Under the pieces are notes generated by a model. The model was given only the letters and a program-made list of their open reading frames with translations, was not told the DNA's origin and searched no databases. From the human T2T-CHM13v2.0 reference genome, Homo sapiens: a stretch of 64,000 nt of DNA. The DNA is taken from NCBI RefSeq assembly GCF_009914755.1, contig NC_060929.1; one strand, 5' to 3'. How positions within the stretch are numbered: position 1 is the first letter of the stretch; every line of letters begins with the position of its first letter. This document shows, in pieces, positions 27,951 through 42,972 of the stretch. The position numbers and the translations under genes are program-made.

Positions 27951-29129
27951 AATTCTTTAGATGCACCTAGTGAAAGAAGCAAAATGAAATGAAAGGCAAA
28001 AATTATTTCCTGTGATTAAAGTTTTGCAGCTTATCATGTATTTATATGTTCCAAATAACTATAAACAGTTAAACTTCAGAAAAACAGGATCTCACATTAT
28101 TTAGTTCTGTATTTCCCAGTGTGATCCCAAATTTCAATCCTGAATTGAGTAATCGAAGCCCCTGGAAGTTACATATATATGGAGCAACACTGTTAGTTTT
28201 GGCCAGGCACAGGCCCCCATGGACTGGAGCTGTGCACGGGCCATGACTAAATTGGGCTTTATTTCCAGACAGAAATCACTTCCTAAGCAAGAAGAGGGTA
28301 AGAGAGTCTTGGGGAGTTAACATCCTAAAAGAACCTATCAAGTCAACCTTCTCCTCATCCAGCCAGTTTGAAGCAAAATTGATGGTTCCATGCATATGTT
28401 TTCTTTCCCCTGGATTGCAGGCTGGCTGCTCTGTGATATTTATTAAAAGTAAAACAGCCAAGGACAGCATGTTTTGGAAAGTAAATACCTGGTGTTCTGA
28501 CACACTTTCTGGATGAGCCTTGAGTTGGTGGCTTCCTCAAAAATACTGGTCTGTTTATTCAAAGTTTTTTGGAAACTATGTTTTCTCTCGCTTTCTCTCT
28601 CTTTCTGATTTTTTGTTGTTAGAATATATTTTTTGTTTGGAGCTTTGAATGAAGTTAGAAGCCCTAGTTCTGTCAAGACACAGGTTGCAAAACATCTCTA
28701 AGTGGTCTATGCTACCACACCAGACATGAATCACTGAAGTCCATGCTTTCAACACTTTAGCAGAACGGTCTTTCAAATACAGTGTTCTGTTCTCCCATGA
28801 AATAGATACTGTGTGCTTTTCTTTAGGGCTTCTCTCAGCAACCTACTTCCACTAACAATGCAAAGCAGAAAAGTCATAGCATTTAACAGGATAAATGCTG
28901 AAGATTACATTTCCTCTCTAAAGAATATGTGCTATGTGAGGACTTTAATAATTAATTTAAAGTACTTCAGAATATTGTAATTTCTACCTAGAATTATCCA
29001 ATAACATTTTTTTCTTTAGCTATAATAACATAATTTAGGCCAAACCACATGATTGCTTTAGTTTAGGTATGGGATTATTTTGCCTTGATTCTCGAGTTTT
29101 CAATGACTCTAGTAATCATAACATGTATC

Positions 29130-29320
29130 ATACATTGAGAAAAGTGCCGAGCACGTGACAGGTAGCATTTCTCAGCCTTGTCACATTCCTGCAAGACAGA
29201 TGTTACCATCCCCATTTTCCAGCTGAAGACCTTGGCCCTCAAAGGATGAAGTAACTTGGGCTGTCTTACAGCTAGTAAGTGGCAGAGTCAGGAGTTGAAC
29301 TCATGTTTGTCTGACTCCAG
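29130..29320 (-). mobile_element. MIR SINE
   Basis: atccccattttccagctgaagac...cagctagtaagtggcagagtcaggagttgaactcatgtttgtctgactcca. Confidence 0.85.
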
Positions 29321-29939
29321 TTTGTCCCCTCCTTTGAGTTGGGAAAGCCAGGCTCATATCCTTTTCCTTTGAGGTTTGCAAAGCTTTGTAATCATGTAAA
29401 TGGGAATATGTAAGTATCCTTACCAGGCTCTGGTGCATATGAAAAAGAGCAACAAATTTTAAGTGAGGAAAAATATTCCATTCAAGAATGTTTACTATAC
29501 ATGATTTTAAGTCTTCATTTCATAAAAGTTATGATTATCTTGTCTGTTTTTCCATAGCATTAATTATTTTCTTAGTTTAAAAACCACACAATTATTCTAC
29601 TTATATTAACTCCCAAGTCTTACATTTTGATATGATTCTTTGTTATCTTTACTTCTTGTTTATTCTAAACTACACACTTCTTTTTCCCCATTGCCTTAAC
29701 TCTTTCTTCACATTTTTCTCAGATAAGTTACACATAAGAAGAATATTGTAGGCCAAAAATATCAGAAAAGATGAAGCTACCAAGTTTTTAAAATTCTCTA
29801 CATTCTCATGAATTTGGCAGTGATGTTGTTTCTGTCTTATCCATGCCTTATAATCAAATATTTAAGAAGTGCTAGAGTTGCAGTCTTTTTAATTAACAAA
29901 ATACCCAAAATGTACAAAAAGACTTCCTCTAGAACAGGG

Positions 29940-30400
29940 AATTAATAAGACTAGATTTTTGTTTCAGGAAGTATACTCTGAACGTATAAAACATATTTAG
30001 AAAATTAATGTAATGATTTAGGCAAGAGCAAGTGAGGTTTGAACCAAAATAGAGAGGACAGGGAGAGGTATCAGATGTGGGAGACATTAAGGAGATCACA
30101 TCTACAGAGCTTGAGGACTAACTGGATGAGGGGTATAAGAAAGAAGAACAGTTCTCGGATGTCTCCCCAAAATAAGGAGGAGTAAGTTTGGGAGGAAAGC
30201 TGACACTTACAAATAGATTTTCTTATAGATTCGCTTACTGTTCTTCCATTAGACTGTTAAGAGCCAGCAGGGCATGAACATAGTTTTGTCTGACGCCATA
30301 CATGATATTTAAGAGGCATTCAATTTAGAGTAGGTTCAATGTTTGTTATGTTGAGTTTGGGTGTTAAAGGGTCATATAGAGATATACAAGAGACTAAAAT
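29940..30400. mobile_element. L2 fragments
   Basis: Antisense L2 (ggagacattaaggag...tctacagagcttgaggactaactggatg) plus a sense 3' piece (ccattagactgttaag...cagggca). Confidence 0.55.
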
Positions 30401-31960
30401 AAAGTATGAATTGTGATTATCTCTAGTTATTAAAATTATGGTAATTTGTATATTATTATTTTACTTGTAACATATTTTTGAATATCCCAGATAACTACAT
30501 TGAACATATATTTACATTATTTTTTTTAAAAGTTAAAAGTTATTTATTATTTTAAAAAATAATGAGGCTGGACAGAAAAATCTGGAATCATTAGGACAGC
30601 CTTCAGAGACAAATAATATGTATCAGAGAAATTGTTAGAAGTTTGATAAGAAAGTTTATATTAATTTATATTCCCATCCCAATTTTGATAATATGATGGT
30701 CACCACACGATCCAGCACAGGTTTTGTAGCTCATATTCAAATGTCACACATTTCCTTATGATTTATTAGAGGAATCAGTGGTTCCCCAGACTCTAAGAAA
30801 TGCAAGTAGCTGGTCACACACCTCGGTCATCAGCTCACCTCTTACTGTCTGCCTCTCTTTCTGAGTTTCTGAACAGTGTTTCATGTCAAGGCAAAAGATG
30901 TCACTCTGTCTGTAACTGCTCCAGTTGTCTTTCGAACGCACATTTTGTAACAAAATTTCTTACGGCAGGCAGATTGTTTTACAACAAAACTAAATATGAG
31001 AGAAATAAAATTAATACCACACATATAAATTAGACATTCATAAAAACAGGGTTATTTTTGCTTTTGTTTTTGTCTTTTTCAGCCTAGAGTAAAACTTAGA
31101 ATTAAGTTTCTCTGGAGCAGAAAGGATAAGACCTAAATTTATGTAAACCAATATAGCTGCTTCCCATGCTAACCTGAAACAAAAAATTGTAAAAAGCCAA
31201 AGAGAGCTCTTCCAAAAATCATAGAAATAGAGAATTAAAGAGTGTATGTTACAGTGGAGGAGTGGTGACCCATATGAGGAAACAAACAAAACAAATAGAT
31301 GAACAAGGAAGAGAATAGGTAAAATCCTCAGACACTTTTCTGTTGGCATTAATACATGAAATACTAAGTACTCATTTAAGGAAACATTGGGAGTAAAGTA
31401 GAAGAGATGAAGACAAAAAAGAACAAAGGTTGTCAAATGTCATATTGTGTTTCTTGTCATTAGCTTATATCATTTTAAGCTCTAAGAGGGTATATGATGC
31501 TTCCATTTTTTACTACAGGTCTGTAATGTGAACATATACATTTAATATTTCAGGAAAACCTGGTTTTTACTATCAACATCCTTCCTCTACAAGACGTGTC
31601 TTGGAGGCAGATACACATAGTTTTACTGAGAGCTGACATTTTAATAAAGTATGAAGTATTAGGAATAACAGACCTAAATGGTATCTAATGTCCCAAGAAG
31701 AGGAGAGGAAAAAAATTTATCTGTAGGGAGAAAGACCAATCTCAAACCATCCTAATAATTAATTCAGCATCAGAATGAAATTCAAAGAAGTTATCAAATG
31801 CATCCTTAAGGATTTTGCTGTGAGCATCTTCACTAAAAAGTCACTGAAAATATCACAAATTCCAAGTATAAACAATCATGATCTAAGGTTTACAGAATAA
31901 GGAAATTCATGACTCACTATTGAAAACCCATGTAGAAAGAAATAGTAAAAAGTGTTGGCT

Positions 31961-32194
31961 GTGTTCTCACTCATAAGTGGGAGTTGAACAATGAGAACAT
32001 ATGGACACAGGGAGGGGAACATCACACGCCGAGGCCTGTCAGGGGATTGGGGGCAAGGGGAGGGATAGCTTTAGGAGAAATACCTAATGTAGATGACAGG
32101 TTAATGGGTGCAGCAAACCACCATGGCACATGTATACTTATGTAACAAACCTGCACGTTCTGCGCATGTATCCCAGAATTTAAAGTATAATGGA
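31961..32194 (+). mobile_element. 5'-truncated L1PA (PA6/PA7-like) 3' end
   Basis: gttctcactcataagtgggagttgaacaatgagaac...gcaaaccaccatggc...atcccagaa; TSD aaaaagtg(t/c)tggct on both flanks. Confidence 0.93.
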
Positions 32195-32831
32195 AAAAAG
32201 TGCTGGCTGGCAATATGCCATCAGGACATGGATATGTATTCATATATTATTTACAAGTGGAAATGTTGCTTGTGAGGCCATCATTGCATAAGCCTCATGG
32301 TGATATTACAGAAGTCCGCTGTGAACCAGATTCTAGGCAGATTTGAGGTATTTATGGAAGAATATAAATATATGGGGCTATTGTGACTAGGAACAACTAG
32401 TATAAACCATCAACCATGACTCTTTTCCATGATAATTCTGCAAACCTACAGGAGATATATTTGCCTGTCAGATAACCATCGTAAATTTGGGTTTTAGGTA
32501 TACTTAAATTTGGCTTGTGCAAAATTTAAATGTTTCAGTTGCAGTCAACAGAGGCACACTAGAATGTAGAGAAAATATATATATATATTATATTATTTGC
32601 TTGATCATAAAATTATGGTTCTTCTAGAATAGGAGAAATGGAGCCTAATTTGCATAAGATATCTTGTGAGATAAACTGATAAATACAAGAAAGATAAAAG
32701 GTGATCCAAGTGGCATTTAAAGGGCAATGCATGTCTACATTATTATATTATGATGTATGAAAGTTACTGGTCCAAGTTGTGAATTATATTAGCCTGATAA
32801 ACTTTGTGGCAATGATCTACATGAACATGGG

Positions 32832-33315
32832 TGTGGCAGACTGGTAGTATTAACCATTTCAGTTCTTCATCCTTCCCTAGATCCATGTCCCTTACCATGC
32901 GACTTTGCAGCTCTTGCCCTCAGGAGTATATTTCTCTGCCTCTTGATTCTTAGCTTGGTGATTTGGCTTGCTTTCACAAATAGGATGTAGAAAATATAAC
33001 CAACCGAGCTTGAAAAAGTGTGTGTGCCTTTCTGCTTGTGCTTTTGCCCTCTGCCATCACCATGACAACATGTCTAAGCTAACCTGGATGATAAGATTCA
33101 TGGGAAGTATAATGGTGACATCCCAGCTGACGTAAGCACAGCCATGTCACATCAGCCATCAGTTAGCCAACACTGAGATAGGTGAGCAAACCCTGTCTTG
33201 ATTATAGAAACGCTTAGCTGCAGATATGTGAGAAGTAGACACTTATTGTTGTATGCCACTGAAAATTTGTGGTTGGTCTTTATAGAGCATTTTAGTGGTT
33301 GAAGAAGACAGCTGC
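32832..33315 (+). mobile_element. MLT1 (MaLR) solo LTR, MLT1H-like
   Basis: tgtggcagact start, gactttgcagctc, cttattgttgtatgccactga...ttgtggttgg 3' motif. Confidence 0.75.
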
Positions 33316-33377
33316 AATGAGTAAGGTGATTATATTTGTAAAGACCAAGATGGCCAAATGATTTCTTATGAATAGAC

Positions 33378-33449
33378 AGACTGATGGTTTCCAGCTTCAT
33401 CCATGTCCCTGCAAAGGACACGAACTCATCTTTTTTTATGGCTGCATAG
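33378..33449 (-). mobile_element. About 70-bp internal L1PA ORF2-end fragment without poly(A), inserted in a MIR
   Basis: tgatggtttccagcttcatccatgtccctgcaaaggacacgaactcatc...ttatggctgcatag is primate L1 sequence; MIR resumes after it. Confidence 0.85.
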
Positions 33450-34489
33450 GAAAACCGAGACCTGGAGAGATTAGGAAACTTGTTCAGAAACACAAAACTA
33501 GGAAGTGGTCAAGCTAGGATTTAGTTAAGGCTTCAAACTCCACACTTTCTACCACCACACTTCATTAGCATAAAAAATAAGGAAATAATTAAGTGCTGGA
33601 TTTGGCAATACACTTTGCAGTTGTATTTTATTTTTAAGGCAGTATTTCAGTTTAAATGTATGTTAATTATTTGCAAATGTCCAATACTTGTAATAGCTTT
33701 TTAATTCAATAAACTGAAAAGAAAAACTGTGGAGTTAGGCATTTTGGCACCTGCTGCAAGTTCTATCACCTTCATTTTTAGACATTTTTTACAAGAAGCT
33801 TAACTACTTTTGTTTTCATTTCCACTGTGTACATAATTAGGGCAATAGTACTTGCTTCATTTAAAAAATAGGGCTTTGCATTTCTTAAATTTAAAGACAC
33901 AGATAGTATATTTTTGTTGTTTCATTAATACTTAAGAGTTAGTAGTGGATGGCAAACTATCAAATCACATGATTCTGCAATGTGTCAAAAGGGCACTGAC
34001 ATGTTGATGGTACCCCCATCGGTAGAGATGCCAAAACCCTTTGTACACAGTGTTTATGGTCCAAGGCTGATACCTTACTGCCCTGTCATTTGTGGGCAGT
34101 CAGGACCAACACACTATTAAGCTTTCAAAAGATCTAGGCCTAATGAAAGAAGAATACACCACTTTTATTTAGTTAGTTAACTAACATTAGACACTTAGAC
34201 ACTTTAAACTCAGGCACCCTTAAAAGTTGCACCTCCAGCTACTGTGGAAGGAAGTTGCAATAGGGGATATGCTTGGCTTGGGTTGGTCCTTACACTGTAG
34301 AGGCCTAGAAGAAATAAAATGAGTAAAATATTTCACCGGGTTTTTGGCAATAGCTCAAGAAAATGAGTGATATGGATCAGGAATTTTTAATTCTCTTTCA
34401 AGCAGAGATTTCCTAAATTTGTTCTTGTTATTATTCTTAAAAATACTGAGATGTTCACATTATTTTTTTTTAAAAAGCAGAGGTCTTAA

Positions 34490-35549
<1,060 letters not shown>

Positions 35550-35570
<21 letters not shown>

Positions 35571-35725
35571 TACTTATTTGACTGTGTGACTTTGTCATGT
35601 CATTTAAATTTTCTTGGCTTAGTTTTTCTTTTAATCTATAAAATGGGGGCATGAATGTGTATTTTATAATGTTGTCATGATCAGGTGAGATAACGAATGT
35701 GGGAAGGCTCTGCAAATTTTAAAGT
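35550..35725 (+). mobile_element. MIR SINE
   Basis: ctacttatttgactgtgtgactttg...atctataaaatgggg...tgagataacgaatgtg. Confidence 0.75.
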
Positions 35726-35929
35726 GATAAATAATGCTTGCTCCCTTAAGAAAATTAAATAAGGTTTGAATCCAGTTTGTTCTATGACCAACTCAAATGA
35801 TTTTTCAATCTCCCATCACCTTTTATGTGAGATATGAAGAAAAAAGGTGAGAGAAAAAGAGACGAAGGAAAAAAAACAGAAGTTAAATAAAAACAAAGGA
35901 AGGAGACTAATTAAAGCTAACTCTTTTGC

Positions 35930-36340
35930 TCTTTTTATTTTTAATTGAGACATTTATAAATGAAATTCAAAATTTCATATATGAAAGCATATACGAAGTA
36001 CACAAAATGTACTAATCTTAAGATTATACAGTTTGATGATTTTTTTTAACTTACATGCAGACCTGGGTAACCACCACCTAGATTAAGCTGTAGAACATTT
36101 CCATACCCAGAAGCTTCCTTCATGCTCTTACCAAGGCATGTTTCACTCCTAATCTCCTGAGATAACCACTATTCTGACTTCAACACCATAGATTAGTTAT
36201 GCCTGTTCTTGAACTTCATATAATGAATAATTCAATATATAGGTTTTTATGTCTATCTTCTTTGAACAATATAATGGTTGTGAGATTCATCCATTTAGTT
36301 GCATGTTATCAGTAGTTTATTGTTTTTATTATTGTGCAGA
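35930..36340 (-). mobile_element. L1ME-type 3' end
   Basis: gtaaccaccacctagattaag...aaccactattctgacttc...gcctgttcttgaacttcatata...gagattcatccat. Confidence 0.85.
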
Positions 36341-37949
36341 GAGTCCCCTTCACTTTTATCATTGGTTTCATCTTGCTCAGAATCCTATTACTTTAACAAA
36401 TAATCTGTGTCTCCTTTAGAGGTGGTACAAATATGACGAACAATTGCCTTCTTAAAAGAAGTATAGTTTTTCAAAAGCAGTTCATAATTCCATTTTCTTT
36501 CCTATTCAGGAAGAAAACTCTTCCATTTCTTGTTTTCTTTCTCTAGGTCTGGAATGCATGAAAATGCAAATAATCTGTAGTGTTAAACGAGATGATATGA
36601 GCATTTGTTTGGTCTTTTCTTGTTATCTTAGAGCAATTTCCCAATAAACAAAATCAACATTGAATCAGTAATAACCATTGCTCATCATAAGTTAAAGAAA
36701 AAACAATTCAGATCTAACATTGACAGTAGAACAGCAGAAAATCAGCTGAGAATCTCATATAAACTTCTTTGGAAATTTGTGAGTAAAACCCTGGTTCCAC
36801 CATATTAAAGATTGTTATGCTTGTAGAAATGCTGGGAGACTGGAATCTGTTTGCAATTACCAAATCAAAATGCAATTTACTAGTCACTGGGAATAAACAA
36901 TGATGTCTTTAAATGCCCTTTTGGAAATGTAGAATTGGCAATGGAGATCAGGTTCCCAAGGTTCGGATGTTTTCACTTATGCATCTCCCTATAAAACATT
37001 GTTCTGAGGACCATTGCAGTAGTTTCTTCTGTGAGGAGGGAGGACGAGAGGGAGACATGGCACCTGATCCAAGCATTGAGGCTTCTCTACTTCAAAGAAA
37101 ACTTTTCTGCTGTCCCCCCATCTTTTTGTTCTGATCTCACATACGATATAAAAATATATTTCAAACTAAGGATTGAATTTTGCTGGCACATGACCTTTTT
37201 TCCTTACAAAATTATTATAAGAACTGTCTCTGATATGGCTGAAGGGTGTAATTCAGGTTAAAAAAACTCTGCTGTGTTATGAAAAAAATTCTTCTTTTCT
37301 CTTTCAATAATGGCATAGCTGACAAGCCAGAAATATTCACTTTCACCCTTCTCCTTTGTAAAAGCATTTCTCTAGTGTCTGATTTTCTACATATTCATTT
37401 CATTTGTATTACCTATTTGTTGTATCTCCTTAAAATCAGCCTTTAGTCAGCTTTTGGCTGTAGCTTTTAATGGAGAGCAAAAACATTTAAGTAGATCCAT
37501 AATAGTGACAATAATATTAATAGTAGGAAAATAACATTTTTTATACTTTGAATATGTATCCATTACAAGGGACTATAGGTGAACGTAATGGCCATTCCCC
37601 TTATATTTCCTCTGATGCTGCACTGGTGGAGGTGGAAAAGAGCAGTGGAATGTCCAAAAACTGAGCCGAAAGAGAAGCTGTGGGAGCTTGGATAATCTAT
37701 GAACTATTTCACACACTGAAGTTTAATTCATTAATGGCAAAATAACGATGGTATCAGAGAACGCGGAGGCTGTGAAGGATTCCCCTGGATTTGGTTGACT
37801 TCTCAGGCCAGTGATCTGCTCACTCAGAACAGTGGGCTTTAGCAGATTAGTTGACTCTAAGCACTTTATGCAAAAAAAGTACGAAAAAAAATCTTTTTTT
37901 TAAAGGAGTGCTTCCCTCAGCAATACAAAATAGCTGTTGGCTCACCTCT

Positions 37950-38536
37950 AATGATTATGGGCCAGGGCAAGAATACAAAGGAAGCCCTGAATATGTAAAC
38001 ATTATAACTCAAGAGAAAATACAGTTAAATTCAATGCCCTAGCCTCCTACCTTGACAACTGCACCTTGCTAATATGCTGGGAGGCCAGGTTGGAATTTGG
38101 AACTCAGTCTCCTCAGAGTTCCCCCAGGAAGGTGACAGGGCTGGGGAAGCTGGTCCAGGGTCTGGCCCCCCAGCCTGCAACATGTTCCAATTCTCTTTCC
38201 ATCCTCAGCTCCATCCCAAAGCTCAAGGTGTCTCATGAGTTGACATGTGTACACTCTAGTCCTCTGGTCCAAGGTCCATCTGTAATCTCTGCAAACCAGT
38301 AGTCCCATGACCAGTCTCTAAGCCTAGGGGTGCACAGACTTGTGGCTCAAAGGGAACCTCTAGGAGATGAGATCTGTGGAGAGGTCTGCTCAGGCTCTTC
38401 AAGTGTGTTCATGGTCATCCATCTGCAGTATATCTAGAGAACCTGGGAGGGTCCCTGGATGGGCATGACTGAAGGATGTCAGCACAGATCACTTTATAGA
38501 AGGGCCCCCTCTTACTAGGGTCTAAGACAGTACTGA
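37950..38536 (-). mobile_element. FordPrefect-like hAT-Tip100 element
   Basis: Reverse complement starts cagtactgtcttagaccctagtaagagggggccc, the FordPrefect TIR; GC-richer body. Confidence 0.6.
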
Positions 38537-39229
38537 ATAGCTGCTCTTGATTATACGTCAGGAATGTCAGACACCTCCAAAGTCTTCCCTTTAATTGTAC
38601 CATGGGCTGTGCCAAATACTGCAGATTTGGAGAAGAGTAAGTTACCACCCTTGAATGAATTATGCCCTTCTGAAAAGGCCACTCTAAAATGCAAACACAG
38701 GCACAGAGGGGAGTTCCTTCCTCTCCCAGGACTACTGTAATGTGAATTTGTCTCTCAAATGGGCTAACTGTTCCCATTTAAGGGTAGCACAGAAAGCCAG
38801 ACCCTGGTCATCACAACCACTGATTCATGTGTTAAAAGAGACACGCATGCTCCAGTAATCAGCTCTCCACCTAGTTCTTGCTTGTCTTGGCCCACTGCCT
38901 GCTCCCCACCCTCTTTCCTCTGACTGCAGTTTCCTAATCACTAACTCCTGAGAGGGGTCCCTTCCCTGCCAGCCAGTGCCCACATTAATCCATCTGGGAT
39001 TTAGAGCCCTCTACAGCTCCACCTGCCAGAAGTTGCCTTGATCAGCAGATGCAAACAGGAGTGCTCTGTCTCTCTCTGGCTTAGACCAAGACCCAAGAGA
39101 CACAGCATCGGGGTCCCTTGGGTTTCCATCCCTACTCCCCCAACAAGATTACCTGAATAACTGGACAAATCTGGAAAGTGAAACACTCTACGAGACTACT
39201 GCCCCTGTCGACAAGTTAAAGTAAAAATA

Positions 39230-39650
39230 AAAAGACCATGCTTGATTAGAAGAGATGAAAGAGACCAAACAGCCAAATACAATTAATTTTCTTTAACTAG
39301 GTCCTGATTTGGACAAAAATATTTTAGGAACAACTGAGTAAATTTGAATATGGCCCCAGTATTAGATGAGATAAAAATATGGCAAAATGGAAAGATGGAG
39401 ATCATTGACTGGGGGCGGTGGCGAGAGGAAGTTGGCTATATATGTGTGTGTGTGTATTAATACATATTTGTACATATTTGTATGTGTGTATATATATGTA
39501 CACTAATACACATAGATCTATCTGGAAATACATGACTAGCAATTTACTGTGGTGATCATTGGGTTGTAGCAATGTGAAGTGATTTTTTTTGCTAATTATC
39601 TACAAAGATTGCATGCTTCTTCTATAATAAAAGTATTACTTTAAAACAGG
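39230..39650 (+). mobile_element. L1ME 3' fragment with (TA/TG)n
   Basis: gattagaagagatgaaagagac...gaacaactgagtaaatttgaatatgg...tattagatga. Confidence 0.6.
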
Positions 39651-40349
39651 AAAATGTAATGTTACATTTCTATTTGTTTAGAAAATTACTACATTCTCTG
39701 TACCTCTCTGCCTATACTTCGACTAGCTCGGGCCTGGTAAGAAACCAATTGCAAGTTGTGATATAAAAATTAGGGGTTCCCAGAGGTTTTCTCAGACAGA
39801 ACCACATTAATCTTTTACCCACATAAGTTTATGGAGTTAAAGTTTAATGTTATTCCTTCAGCTTTCACAGAAAGATGAAATGGAAACATCCATTTGAAGA
39901 ATAGTTTTCAAAACTATAACAGAAGTAATTTTCTATTAATTCATGTGGTATCTCTTTAATAAGTACCTAATTTATGGATTCCTTTTTGAGTTCCGTGCCT
40001 GGGGAAAAAAAGTCTTTTTCTTTTATTGATTCTTTCTTTTCTATATAATAGAACTCTCTATAATCCATTTGGTTTCCTATTATCTTGGGTACTGGGGAGC
40101 TCAGATGTAAATTAAGCACGTAATTGCATTAACAAACTTATTATCTAGTAGCTGGAAAGAGTAATTTCCTTTGTCTTTACACTGCGTTATTATTTCATAA
40201 AAATCTAATTTAAAAAGTGCCAATTCTAATTCCTCCTTTTTGCTCATATGATCATTTTCTACGCCATTTTGGAAGAAGGGAGAGTATAAATAAATAATAT
40301 GCTGCCCTACAGATCTCTGTGGAATCTGTGCAAGCAACCTAACAAGTAG

Positions 40350-40663
<314 letters not shown>

Positions 40664-41041
40664 TGTAGTTGATGGTTTTAAGGGTGTCTTCTCAACCCAC
40701 AACTCTTCTCACTTTCTCTGAATGGGGAAGCCCACAGGGTTGAAAATCCCTCACTCCAGCCACAGTTGCAGTGTTGGATCAAATGGACACATGACCAAAT
40801 CCAGGTGTGAAGAGTATCTATTCTGACCGAGCATTTGGAATTGATAAAGCAATTCTCTAATGCTGTGAGGCATACATAAGCCAATAATTTAAACAATCAG
40901 TTTGTAGTAGTCTCATTTTGTCTTTGAAAAAGAAATTTAGCTTAAAACAAACCATGTTGAATTATCATATTTCACTTTTTCCCCCTAAAAGACAGATATT
41001 GAAAATAGAAGAATATTCTAAGTTCTGGAACCAAAGAGAAG

Positions 41042-41183
41042 ATTTACATGGTAGTATAAATACCCATGTTGCAGAATTCAGTGACACAGCCTCAGTGAGG
41101 TGGGTTGGGTGGGTATTTACACAGTGTAGATACCCGTGCTGCAGCATTCAGTGACACAGCCTCAGTGAGGTGGGTTGGGTGGG
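41042..41183. repeat. Two-copy about 70-bp tandem duplication
   Basis: attcagtgacacagcctcagtgaggtgggttgggtggg occurs twice, 70 bp apart. Confidence 0.92.
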
Positions 41184-42744
41184 AGGAAGATGACCATTAG
41201 TATCACCTGGGGAGTTTTTACCCAAAGCACACTTCACTCCTACATCTCCCACTAACCTGCAGAGGAGGCAGGCTTCAGGAAGATTTTTTTTAAGGTCAAA
41301 GATAATCCTGATACCTACTTGCTTCCCCACCTTCTCAAAGAATGGATAAAGAAAGTATTTGTGTTCTTATGTAGACTGACTATTCTATTGAACATCATTG
41401 CAATGACAGTGATGTATCTATAGCAAAGTCCCTGCCAAGGAAAGTGCACTTATTTCCTACATGTGATTAGCATTCTCAATCAGCTTCACCTTTGTAGATT
41501 CATACAGCAATTTTTGTTGTTGCTGATGTACTGTGGCATTTAGTGTGCTACTTCCCAACTTTAGGTTTATTATGACCATTGGAGTTGTTCCCCAGAAACT
41601 ATGAATTACACTAAAATTCATGTTTTGTGTCATCATTCCAGCCTATCTAACAAAGTAGGTTGGAATAGCAATTCTCTTTTCTCCAAAGTGGAACTAATAA
41701 GGTAAGCCTTCAATGAATGGTCACTGGTTTTAATCAAATTAGAATATTAAGACTACCCTATTTTAGAGGCATATGATAGCAGCTTGTTAAGTAAGTTTCT
41801 TCTGGTTTGGAAGAGTCAATGAGTTTCTCAGATGAAAAAGGCTCAGAGTTCTTATAATTCAACTGCCCAGAATGGGGCAGCGAGAGGTGGCTGGGGTTGG
41901 CTAAAGCTCTGCCAGATTAAGGATCTACTTACAGTGAATCCACTCCACTCCCACCCCTACTCGCACCACACAGACTCAGATTCTCTGCACAGACTTCTGG
42001 TTCCTTCATTTTCTGTTTTCACATGTATGTTAAAAAAAAAAAAAGAAGTGATGTACTCTCAAAATAGAAACAGATGTGAGATCTAATTTCTTACTGGAAG
42101 TGACAAAATATATAAAGATTTGGCAAAATATGTATTCACATATTTCAAGATTTCAAAAATAGTCATTGAACAAATAAAAGAAGCACTAGATAGCAGGGTG
42201 GTCTTTTTTTGGTTTTTGCATGCTTTTGGTCAGATTGCCAAGATGGTCTATTGTCAATAAAGTATAGAACATACAGAAATGTCATATATAATAGAAGCTT
42301 ATAATACAAATACATATTTTCAAAAATAATGATTTAAGAAAAAAATAGCAAATTTTTTTTAGTTTTAAAGAACAACCAAATTTGGTAATTTCTATGTTTT
42401 CATTTCACTGTGAACTTCTATCATCCCCTTTGACCAACTGAGATTTTTCTATCAAAAAAAGAAAAAGTTCAGAAATGAATAATTTCACTCATTAAATTTT
42501 AAGGGCAGTTGCTGTACAGAGCAAAGCAGATGTAATAGGTTTTAAGAAAGAAAGATGTGAGGAGGCATATACTGATGAGTATGTGTGATTGTGGTGAGTA
42601 AGTAAATTTGCATTTATATAGCACCATTTTTCAGGTGAGACAATTGGTAATGTATTTGCTACAGTGCATTGCTGTGATGTAAAATCTATACCAAGGAGAA
42701 ATGGTGTAGCTCTTTTTAAAACAAAGGCATTTGGATTTGATGAA

Positions 42745-42972
42745 AATTTATCTAGTGCCTTCAATGTGCCAGGCATTGTCTAACCAGGGAATTCTTGCTG
42801 TCCTTGAACTTTCATGATAAGCCTATTTGGTATTACTCCCTTCATTTTTGAAAATGAAGGAGCTGAGAATCCAAAAAAATGAAATGACTTAGTTAAAGTC
42901 ACGTATTTGGTAAATTGAAGAGCCAAGATTGGAATGCAGATCTTTCCGAGTCTAAAATTATTTCCACTCTAC
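42745..42972 (-). mobile_element. MIR SINE
   Basis: aatgtgccaggcattgtc...aaatgaaggagctgag...aatgacttagttaaagtcac...agagccaagatt. Confidence 0.8.

Noticed and set aside
31038-31436. 132-aa hydrophobic ORF resembling a membrane protein
   Set aside because: F/L/I bias follows from the A-rich opposite strand; no family motif
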